From Candidatus Hadarchaeum sp. (GTDB lineage: Archaea; Hadarchaeota; Hadarchaeia; Hadarchaeales; Hadarchaeaceae), in NCBI RefSeq assembly GCF_049969415.1, contig NZ_JBMFOX010000028.1, positions 1-13,054 on the forward strand: a DNA stretch of 13,054 nt, written 5' to 3'. The notes under the pieces are model-generated. The model did not search any database and had not been told where the DNA came from. It saw nothing but the letters and a program-made list of their open reading frames with translations. Positions 1 through 6,735 of the stretch are shown here, piece after piece. Numbering within the stretch: the first letter of the stretch is position 1; every line of letters begins with the position of its first letter. The translations under genes were made by a program, and so were the position numbers.

Positions 1-1
1 G

Positions 2-295
2 GCCAGATTGCCCGCGGTCAAGAAGAGCTGGGGGGTCGGAGTGGTAGAGGCGCCGCGGGGGCTATTGATCCACGAGTACCGCATCAACGGCAACGGCACA
101 ATTGACGCGGCCAACTGCATCATCCCAACGGCTCAAAATCTGGCCAACATCGAGGCGGACATGAGGGAACTGGTGCCCCAGATCCTTGACCGGCCGAAGG
201 AGGAAATCGTTCAGCTGCTGGAGATGCTGGTAAGGGCATACGATCCCTGCATTTCCTGTTCCTGTCATCTTTTAAAGGTAGATTTTGTTGGTTGA
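2..295 (+). CDS. [NiFe]-hydrogenase large subunit, C-terminal part (5'-truncated by window edge); group 3b/sulfhydrogenase alpha-like
   Basis: Frame is open from base 2. Motifs GVGVVEAPRGLLIH, IIPTAQN and the L2 motif RAYDPCISCSCH, followed by an 8-aa cleavable tail (LLKVDFVG). A maturation protease lies immediately downstream. Confidence 0.93.
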   Translation, partial: ARLPAVKKSWGVGVVEAPRGLLIHEYRINGNGTIDAANCIIPTAQNLANIEADMRELVPQILDRPKEEIVQLLEMLVRAYDPCISCSCHLLKVDFVG

Positions 296-746
296 AAGGA
301 AGCTCATCGTTGGTCTAGGGAACATACTTCTCAAAGACGAAGGCGTCGGGATGAGGTGCGTTGAGTTCCTAAGGAACCGGGGGCTGGGCAGGGACGTTAA
401 AATTGTTGACGGGGCGACGCTGGGGGTTGATCTTCTCGAGGAGATTAAAGGATTTGACCGCGTGGTCTTAGTTGACGCCGTTGACATGGGTAAGGAGCCC
501 GGTTATATTGCCAGCTTCAGAGCCGAAGAGCTGTTAATGATCGCGGATGAAATAAAATTCTCCTTACACGAGTTCAATTTGGTAGATGTTATCAAGCTGG
601 GCAAGCAGCTGGGCCACGACCTGAGCAACGTGAAAATCGTCGGCATTCAGCCCAAGGAGGTCGGCTGGGGAGACCGCCTGAGCAACATCATCGAGGAAAA
701 ATTGCCTGAGCTGGCAGTTAGAGTTTTAAGTGAGCTGGAGGATTAA
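285..746 (+). CDS. Hydrogenase maturation endopeptidase (HyaD/HycI family)
   Basis: GLGNILLKDEGVG, VDGATLG, LVDAVD, SLH and VGIQP motifs. The TTG start (285 or 288) overlaps the hydrogenase stop, with AAGGTAG upstream. Confidence 0.95.
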   Translation: MLVERKLIVGLGNILLKDEGVGMRCVEFLRNRGLGRDVKIVDGATLGVDLLEEIKGFDRVVLVDAVDMGKEPGYIASFRAEELLMIADEIKFSLHEFNLVDVIKLGKQLGHDLSNVKIVGIQPKEVGWGDRLSNIIEEKLPELAVRVLSELED

Positions 747-760
747 GGATTGGTGGCTAA

Positions 761-1219
761 ATGGCGGTGAGGCCGGAAGTTCTGAAGGGGATGGACATTT
801 TTGAGTTTTTAAAGCGCGATGAGCTGAAGGACATCGCTGAGATGACGGAAGTGGAGGATTATGAGCAGGGGGACCTGATCTTTAAGGAGGGGGATCAGGC
901 CGAGAAGATCTACATGGTGTTGGAGGGAAGGGTTTCGATAGAGCTGGAAGCCGGAGCGGGGAAGAGGATCTCCGTTTATACGCTGACCAAGGGCAGGTTT
1001 TTCGGCTACCCGGCACTTCTCCGCACCAAAAGATACACCACCTACGCCCGCTGTTTGGATAAGGTCAAGGTCGCCACCATTGTCGCCGATGATTTGGTCA
1101 ACAAGATTTTCAAAAAGGATTGCCGGCGGGGATACTTAGTTATTAAAAAGGTGGCGGAGATCATCGCTAACGAGTTGGCCGACACCCGCGTGCAGCTTCT
1201 GTTCTTGGCCCAGCTTTAG
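761..1219 (+). CDS. Stand-alone cyclic-nucleotide-binding (Crp-like) domain protein without HTH
   Basis: IFKEGDQAEKIYMVLEGRVSI...GRFFG cNMP-fold pattern plus a C-helix. At 152 aa it has no room for a DNA-binding domain. RBS-like GGTGG precedes the ATG. Confidence 0.85.
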   Translation: MAVRPEVLKGMDIFEFLKRDELKDIAEMTEVEDYEQGDLIFKEGDQAEKIYMVLEGRVSIELEAGAGKRISVYTLTKGRFFGYPALLRTKRYTTYARCLDKVKVATIVADDLVNKIFKKDCRRGYLVIKKVAEIIANELADTRVQLLFLAQL

Positions 1220-1394
1220 CTGGGAATGGAAACCGGCTTTTTTCTGGGCTGGCTTTTGATTGAGTGAACGCGGTGAGGGGACGTTGACGAGATGCCGGTG
1301 GAGTGAGAAAGGGCAACATCATATTTGCCTTTTTCAGGTTCAGCGGAAAGGATAAAATGGCGTTCAAGTTAATTCATCAAGATGTGGTGGAATT

Positions 1395-2000
1395 ATGAGA
1401 ATCGGCGTCATCGGACTCCAGGGTGCGGTTAGCGAACACATCGAGGCCGTCAGGCGGGCCCTTGTGGCCAGCGGCCAGCAGGGTGAGGCTGTCTGGGTTG
1501 CCCGGCCCGAGCAGCTGGAAGGAGTTGACGGCATCATCATTCCCGGCGGCGAGAGCACCACCATCGGCAAGCTCATGAAGATCACGGAAATCTTCGACGC
1601 GGTGAAAAGGCTGGCAGAATCAGGGGTGCCACTGCTTGGGACCTGTGCCGGGATGGTCGTGCTGGCCAAGCGTGGCGACGAGCAGGTGGCGCGGACCAAG
1701 CAACCGCTGCTGGGGCTGATGGACATCGCGGTGGTGAGAAATGCCTTTGGCAGGCAGCGGGAGTCGTTTGAGGCGGAGCTAAATATCCCTATCTTGGGCG
1801 AGAAACCATTTCCCGGGGTCTTCATCAGAGCACCGGTGGTGAAAGAAGTCTGGGGCGATGCTGAGGTCATCGCCGAGTTCATGGGGAAAATAGTGGGGGT
1901 TAAACAGCGGAACATGGTTGCGGTGGCCTTCCACCCGGAGTTGACTACGGACACCAGACTACATGAATATTTTTTGAGGATGTGTCGCGGTCAATTTTAA
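1395..2000 (+). CDS. pdxT: Pyridoxal 5'-phosphate synthase glutaminase subunit PdxT
   Basis: LQG, IIPGGESTT, GTCAG (nucleophile Cys), RNAFGRQRESFE, FIRAP and FHPEL (catalytic H-x-E). RBS GTGGTGG at 1384-1390. Confidence 0.97.
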   Translation: MRIGVIGLQGAVSEHIEAVRRALVASGQQGEAVWVARPEQLEGVDGIIIPGGESTTIGKLMKITEIFDAVKRLAESGVPLLGTCAGMVVLAKRGDEQVARTKQPLLGLMDIAVVRNAFGRQRESFEAELNIPILGEKPFPGVFIRAPVVKEVWGDAEVIAEFMGKIVGVKQRNMVAVAFHPELTTDTRLHEYFLRMCRGQF

Positions 2001-2140
2001 GTTTCTTTCCACCGCTTTTATCAGCGTAGAGACGAAATCCAGACCGGTCCTGTTTTCACTCCTGAGAATGATCCGCGCGAGTTGAACCCGACCGTCCGTC
2101 CGCTGAGCAATTTTTGATGATCTTAATCCGACCCACGTCA

Positions 2141-2153
2141 GCAAGTATTTAAT
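2141..2153 (+). promoter_or_regulatory. Putative archaeal BRE/TATA promoter of tRNA-Ala
   Basis: GCAAG-TATTTAAT, with the TATA-like box at 2146-2153, about 27 nt upstream of the mature tRNA 5' end (2180). Confidence 0.6.
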
Positions 2154-2179
2154 GAGGGATTAAAACTAATTGAAGTGGT

Positions 2180-2275
2180 GGGCCCATAGCTCAGCGGCAG
2201 ATTGGAGAAATCCAAGCCGAAAGCACTCGCTTCGCAGGCGAGGGGTCGCGGGTTCAAATCCCGCTGGGTCCACCA
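2180..2275 (+). tRNA. tRNA-Ala(CGC) with a 21-nt intron (2201-2221) at non-canonical position 22/23; CCA encoded
   Basis: Acceptor stem GGGCCCA/TGGGTCC with the G3:U70 Ala identity pair and A73-CCA. Anticodon arm CTCGC-TTCGCAG-GCGAG (CGC at 2233-2235). T-arm GCGGG-TTCAAAT-CCCGC. The D-stem GCTC/GAGC forms only after removing 2201-2221, which sits in a bulge-helix-bulge motif. Confidence 0.95.
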
Positions 2276-2294
2276 GAACTTTTGCCGGCCAAGT

Positions 2295-2429
2295 TTATTT
2301 TTCGAATTGTTGTTCAGTTTTCATCTCTTTTTGATAGGCAAAGTAGGAATAGACGATTGTGTACACAGCGACGAAGAGGATCGGAGTAAGGACGAAGAAC
2401 AGGAAATAGTCGGTAAGGACTTGCCAGCA
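2295..2429 (-). pseudogene. Start-less C-terminal fragment of a membrane protein (resembles the SdpI/DUF1648-family C-terminus)
   Basis: The minus-strand frame reads CWQVLTDYFLFFVLTPILFVAVYTIVYSYFAYQKEMKTEQQFEK*, a TM helix plus polar tail. An in-frame TAA at 2430-2432 bounds it upstream and there is no ATG before the TM. The family assignment is from recollection only. Confidence 0.55.
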
Positions 2430-2447
2430 TTAGATCGGAAGACGAGT

Positions 2448-3200
2448 TTAAACGGCGGTATAGCCCCCGTCGATGACCAGTTCGGCCCCGGTCATGAACG
2501 AGGACTCGTCCGAAGCTAGGAACAGCGCGCCATAGGCAATTTCAATGGGTTCCGCCACCCTTTTCATCGGCGTTGGGCCTATCAGCTCTTTGGCCTTTTC
2601 AGGATCCTTTAACCAAGGCTCGTTCATCTCGGTTCTGGTGTTTCCCGGGTGAAGGGAGTTAACCCGGATGTTGTATTTGGCGTAGTCGGCAGCCATGGCC
2701 TTGGTTAACATCCTGACGCCGCCCTTGGAGGCATCGTACGAAGGCTCGTTCGGAAAGGCCACGATCCCCATGATCGATGAGGTGTTAATGATGGAGCCGC
2801 CCCCGGCCTTTTTCATCGCCGGCAGAATGTACTTGCAGCCGTAGAAGGTGCCGGTGAGGTTGATCTTGATGACCCTCTCCCATTCCTCCGGAGTGAGTTC
2901 TTCCGCGCTTTTTGATATCAGTATCCCCGCGTTGTTCACTAGTATGTCCACCTTGCCATATTTTTTCATGACTTCATCTACCACTTTTTGCCATTCCCCG
3001 GGCACGGTCACGTCGAGTCTCATAAACTCGGCCTTGCCACCGTTCCTCCTTATTTCATCGACCACCTTTTCTCCGGCTTGGGCAGAAATGTCTGTCACGA
3101 TCACTACGGCGCCTTCCCGCGCAAACAATGCCGCCTCGGTCCGGCCGATGCCACCGCCGGCACCGGTTATCAGAGCTACCTTACCGTCAAGCCTCCCCAT
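2448..3200 (-). CDS. Classical short-chain dehydrogenase/reductase (SDR), probably NAD(H)-dependent
   Basis: TGAGGGIG, acidic D at the end of beta2 (VTDI), NNAG, catalytic S...YDASK, NIRVNSLHPG and DGG. ATG at 3200 is preferred over the track's 3209 start because it lies about 30 nt from TTTAAA (3231-3236). Confidence 0.93.
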   Translation of the reverse strand: MGRLDGKVALITGAGGGIGRTEAALFAREGAVVIVTDISAQAGEKVVDEIRRNGGKAEFMRLDVTVPGEWQKVVDEVMKKYGKVDILVNNAGILISKSAEELTPEEWERVIKINLTGTFYGCKYILPAMKKAGGGSIINTSSIMGIVAFPNEPSYDASKGGVRMLTKAMAADYAKYNIRVNSLHPGNTRTEMNEPWLKDPEKAKELIGPTPMKRVAEPIEIAYGALFLASDESSFMTGAELVIDGGYTAV

Positions 3201-3230
3201 ATTAGTCAAAAAGAAGTAAGCAGCCGATGT

Positions 3231-3276
3231 TTTAAATTTTGCGCCACAGTTAAACGAGGTGACTAAGATTTTTATA
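3231..3276. promoter_or_regulatory. Back-to-back divergent archaeal promoters for the SDR (-) and hisD-like (+) genes
   Basis: TTTAAA at 3231-3236, about 30 nt from the SDR ATG. TTTATA at 3271-3276, about 30 nt from the ATG at 3307. Confidence 0.55.
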
Positions 3277-3306
3277 CAGAACAGCCAAGTGTGGTAAGGG
3301 TGTTGA

Positions 3307-4605
3307 ATGAGAATTATTGAGCTGGATAAAGCACCCGCTGAGGTAATTCAGACAATTTTGAGAAGAGGAATGAGGGATATCGAGTCCTTCATGGAAAAAG
3401 TAAAGCCAATCATGAAGGATGTTCAGAGCCGGGGAAATCAGGCGCTTGTTGAGTACATAAAGAAATTTGACGGCGCGGATCTGAAGGCGGACGAACTGAG
3501 GGTTTCAAAGGAAGAGATCGAGGAAGCCTATCGCTTGGTCGACTCCAAGGTGATGAAAGCGCTGAAAATAATGACGAAAAACGTGAGGCTCTTTCATAAA
3601 CGGCAGCTGCCTAAGGAACTGAGGGTAAAAATCTCACCGGGCGTTGAGGCGAGACGTCTGGTTGTGCCGATCGAGAGCGCTGGACTATACGTGCCCGGTG
3701 GCAAGGGGCGCTTCCCCAGCGTGGCGGTGCATCTGGCTGTGCCGGCAAAAATAGCCGGGGTATCGAGAACGGTGTTGTGCAGTCCTCCGATGAGCAACGG
3801 CAAGCTGGACCCAGCGACAATAGTGGCGGCAGATATGCAGGGCGTGGATGAAATTTACAAGATGGGCGGGGCACACGCCATAGCGGCGCTGGCCTACGGC
3901 ACCGAGACGATAAAACCAGTGCACTGCATTGCCGGCCCCGGAGGCCCTTATGTAACGGCGGCCAAGATGCTGGTGCAGCATATGGTAAAAACTGATTTGC
4001 CTGCTGGTCCCAGCGAGGGTTTGGTTCTGGCTGATTCCTCCGCGAATCCAAAGTTCGTCGCGGCGGATATTCTGAACGAGGCCGAACATGGCCCTGATTC
4101 GGCAGGGGTACTGGTGACGGACTCAATGGAGCTGGCTAAGGAAGTGGCCGCTTGCATCGATGAGATGATAGGAACCCTATCCGAGATGAGACAGAACTTT
4201 ATCAAGGAAAACATGCAGAAGTACAGCGCGATAATAGTCACGAAGAGTTTTGAGGAAAGCGTCAGGTTTGTCAACGATTATGCGGTTGAGCACTTGGTAA
4301 TTCAAACCAAGGACCCGGAGAAGACCCTCAGAATGATCAAGAACGCCGGTACTATCTGCGTGGGCGCCTATTCGCCAATTTCCGGAGGCAACTATGTGGT
4401 GGGTCCCAACCACGTGCTCCCCACCGGCGGCACGGCCAAATGGACCTCGGGTCTGGACGTGGAGACCTTTTTGAAGAAGCCAACAGTTGAAAAGCTCAGC
4501 AGGAAGGGGCTGGAGTCGCTGAAGGAGGCCTTGGTCACTATAGCCGAGTATGAGGGGTTCCCGGCCCACGCCAATTCAGCAAAGATAAGGTTTGAGAAGC
4601 AATGA
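3307..4605 (+). CDS. Histidinol dehydrogenase (HisD)-family protein, divergent paralogue
   Basis: GLYVPGG, GGAHAIAALAYGT, GPG, AGPSE, AEH, EHL, GPNHVLPTGG and EG..AHA motifs are present. NEAEHG replaces SQAEHD and GNY replaces GDY, so no symbol is assigned. Confidence 0.92.
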   Translation: MRIIELDKAPAEVIQTILRRGMRDIESFMEKVKPIMKDVQSRGNQALVEYIKKFDGADLKADELRVSKEEIEEAYRLVDSKVMKALKIMTKNVRLFHKRQLPKELRVKISPGVEARRLVVPIESAGLYVPGGKGRFPSVAVHLAVPAKIAGVSRTVLCSPPMSNGKLDPATIVAADMQGVDEIYKMGGAHAIAALAYGTETIKPVHCIAGPGGPYVTAAKMLVQHMVKTDLPAGPSEGLVLADSSANPKFVAADILNEAEHGPDSAGVLVTDSMELAKEVAACIDEMIGTLSEMRQNFIKENMQKYSAIIVTKSFEESVRFVNDYAVEHLVIQTKDPEKTLRMIKNAGTICVGAYSPISGGNYVVGPNHVLPTGGTAKWTSGLDVETFLKKPTVEKLSRKGLESLKEALVTIAEYEGFPAHANSAKIRFEKQ

Positions 4606-5252
4606 ACGCACACAAGCTCGGGCTGAATTTAATATCGGCTGACGTGAACCACGTCAGCTTAGAAAGGAGAACCACTGAGCTGGTGATTCAGGGTGAAATT
4701 TCGCTGAAGAACAAAGTTGAGTCTGAAATCAGCACCGGCTTGGATTTTCTGGATCACATGCTGGACCAAGTTAGATTCGCCGGTTGTTTCAACCTTAGAC
4801 TGAAGATGGGGTCGACAAAAAAGAAATTAAGCCACACCATCTGTGAGGATTCCGGAATCATGCTGGGGAACCTGGTGCTGAATCTGTTCAAGCAGAGAAA
4901 GGATAAGGTGGGCGTCAACGGCTATGGTTTTTCGGTGAGAGTTATGGATGAGTCTAGATCTAGGGTTTGCCTCAGCGTTGAGGGCCGGAGCAATTCCTTC
5001 ATCGAGCTGCCGAAATGCCTTGAGGATGCGGACCACGTTGAGGACGTCCTGAACCGGGACATGGTTGCGTTTTTTGAGGGGTTTGCCCAGGGTTGCCGGG
5101 CTACCGTCCACGTCCAGATTGAGCGGGCCAGCGATCCCCACCATGCTTGGGAGGCGGCCTGCCGTGCGCTCGGTGACTGTATCCGTGAGACCTTGAGGGA
5201 AAACAGCTGGAAAATCGGCCAGATTGGAGGCATAAAAGGGACGCTGGACTGA
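4602..5252 (+). CDS. Imidazoleglycerol-phosphate dehydratase (HisB/IGPD)-family protein, divergent paralogue
   Basis: RRTTE, STGLDFLDHML, SHTICEDSGIMLG, MDES, EGR, TVHV, DPHHAWEA and C-terminal KGTL. ATGA overlap with the hisD-like stop. Confidence 0.85.
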   Translation: MNAHKLGLNLISADVNHVSLERRTTELVIQGEISLKNKVESEISTGLDFLDHMLDQVRFAGCFNLRLKMGSTKKKLSHTICEDSGIMLGNLVLNLFKQRKDKVGVNGYGFSVRVMDESRSRVCLSVEGRSNSFIELPKCLEDADHVEDVLNRDMVAFFEGFAQGCRATVHVQIERASDPHHAWEAACRALGDCIRETLRENSWKIGQIGGIKGTLD

Positions 5253-5344
5253 ATTCGTTTCGAAAATGAAGTATAAAAAAAGCAAGGCTTAAATTTATCC
5301 ACCTTGAAAAATAGACAAGCGGAGCAAGAAGCAGGGGTGGCAGA

Positions 5345-6406
5345 ATGAGTACAGAAGCAATCTTGAAAATCGACCGTGTGAGTAAGAAATACGAGGAATG
5401 CGAGGCCCTGCGTGAAGTCAGCTTTTCCGTGAATAAGGGAGAACTCGTGGTCATCTTGGGCCCATCGGGTTCTGGCAAAAGCACTCTGTTGATGTGCATT
5501 GCTGGTTTTGTTAAGCCAGATTCGGGGGACATCATCCTCGATGGAAAGAGGATTAACGACGTGCCGCCATATCGCAGAAATGTCGGGGTCGTTTTTCAAA
5601 GCATGGCGCTCTTTCCGAACATGAATGTCTTTGATAATATTGCCTACCCGCTGAAGATAAGAAAACTGCCCAAGGACGAGATAAAAAAGAAAGTCGAGAG
5701 AATGCTGGAAATCGTCGGACTGGCTGGGCTGGGTAGCCGGCGGATAACTCAGCTTAGTGGTGGCCAGCAGCAGCGGGTCGCCATCGCCCGGACCCTCGTG
5801 TTTGAACCGTCTATTCTTCTTCTCGACGAACCGCTGGGTGCTCTCGACAGAAAACTCAGAGAGGAAATGCAAGGTGAGATTAAGAAGATTCACGACAGGG
5901 TCGGTGCGACTACTTTATTAGTAACCCACGATCAGGAAGAAGCCATGACCATGGGTGACAGAATACTCGTCATAAATGGCGGAAGAATAGAGCAGATGGG
6001 AACCCCTGAGGAAATCTACAACGATCCGAAGACGCTGTTTGTTTCGGAGTTCATTGGTACAACAAACATCTTTAATGGTGTCGCGGTGAAAAAGGATGGC
6101 AGAACAGTTTTCAAGTCCGTGGAAGGAGTTATCCTCCCCCTCGCCAAGGAGGCCAAGGGCGAAGGCCATGTTTCGATTAAGGCGGAGCACATTAAACTTT
6201 TCGGAAACCGGCCAAAGGACGATATTTTTGCATTGGAAGCCATAGTGGCGCAGAACTTCTTCTCAGGCAACTTCATTAAGTACGAACTTGATCTCGAAGG
6301 AACCATTATCAAGGCGATTGACCGGGACCCAAAGCAAGTTTTTAAGCAGGGACAAAAGGTCTACATGAAAGTAACTCCGGAGAACGTTAGATGGTTCCCA
6401 AAATAA
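5345..6406 (+). CDS. ABC transporter ATP-binding subunit (PotA/polyamine-iron-thiamine class)
   Basis: Walker [10 protein letters not shown]-loop VFQ, signature [13 protein letters not shown], Walker B LLLDEP, H-loop VTHDQEEA and a C-terminal TOBE-like region. RBS GGGGTGG. Confidence 0.95.
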   Translation: MSTEAILKIDRVSKKYEECEALREVSFSVNKGELVVILGPSGSGKSTLLMCIAGFVKPDSGDIILDGKRINDVPPYRRNVGVVFQSMALFPNMNVFDNIAYPLKIRKLPKDEIKKKVERMLEIVGLAGLGSRRITQLSGGQQQRVAIARTLVFEPSILLLDEPLGALDRKLREEMQGEIKKIHDRVGATTLLVTHDQEEAMTMGDRILVINGGRIEQMGTPEEIYNDPKTLFVSEFIGTTNIFNGVAVKKDGRTVFKSVEGVILPLAKEAKGEGHVSIKAEHIKLFGNRPKDDIFALEAIVAQNFFSGNFIKYELDLEGTIIKAIDRDPKQVFKQGQKVYMKVTPENVRWFPK

Positions 6407-6486
6407 TTTTTAACTTTTAATAACAGGCCGTTTAAAAATCATATAAGTCGATTTTTGGTTTCGGCCGTTTCACCGCTAAAATTTTC

Positions 6487-6670
6487 TCATTTTTCACCGA
6501 CGAGCCCCTGAAAAGTTTCTTCTATTTTCTTTCTCTCGGGATGTAAAAATCCTCCAGATGTGGGCTAAAAGTTATTGAAATGTGTGGGGCGTCAATTCTT
6601 TCAATCGGTGCTTCAAGATAGTCAAAGGCTTCTTCGGCAATGGTTGCATCAGTCTCTGCTCTCCGGTACC
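6487..6670 (-). pseudogene. Frameshifted C-terminal remnant of a 2-oxoacid/acetoin dehydrogenase E1 beta subunit (transketolase C-terminal domain)
   Basis: Minus strand reads GTG/[frameshift]/AETDATIAEEAFDYLEAPIERIDAPHISITFSPHLEDFYIP/[frameshift]/KIEETFQGLVGEK*. This matches the PdhB/AcoB C-terminal pattern G.GAEIAA.IAEEAFDYLDAPI.RV.A.D.P.PFS..LE...IP. No upstream part of the gene is present. Confidence 0.8.
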
Positions 6671-6700
6671 ATCCACTTTTTCTTGGCACTGCTAATGGGT

Positions 6701-6712
6701 AAAATATTTAAA
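6701..6712 (+). promoter_or_regulatory. Putative TATA box for the (likely leaderless) solute-binding protein gene
   Basis: AAAATATTTAAA ends 24 nt before the ATG at 6736. This argues against the track's 6712 start, which overlaps the box. Confidence 0.6.
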
Positions 6713-6735
6713 TGGCGCCATATAATTTAGCTCGT

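Noticed and set aside
1959-2144. 61-aa - strand ORF between pdxT and the tRNA
   Set aside because: Overlaps the pdxT 3' end, has a TTG start inside the tRNA promoter, and shows no motif.
2202-2519. 105-aa + strand ORF
   Set aside because: Starts inside the tRNA intron and runs antisense to the relic and the SDR; no recognisable motifs.
3307-5252. Plain hisD-hisB biosynthetic operon, or HpsN sulfopropanediol dehydrogenase
   Set aside because: Metal and phosphate ligand substitutions and the absence of other his genes argue against canonical labels. HpsN, as I recall, retains the Gln and Asp ligands that are changed here.
4922-5893. 323-aa - strand ORF and other long antisense ORFs (1364-1954, 3611-4126, 4827-5285, 7351-7758)
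   Set aside because: Antisense shadows of well-supported genes.
6426-6470. Imperfect hairpin GGCCG..AAAAATC/GATTTTT..CGGCC after the ATPase gene
   Set aside because: Weak and interrupted; at most part of a terminator region.
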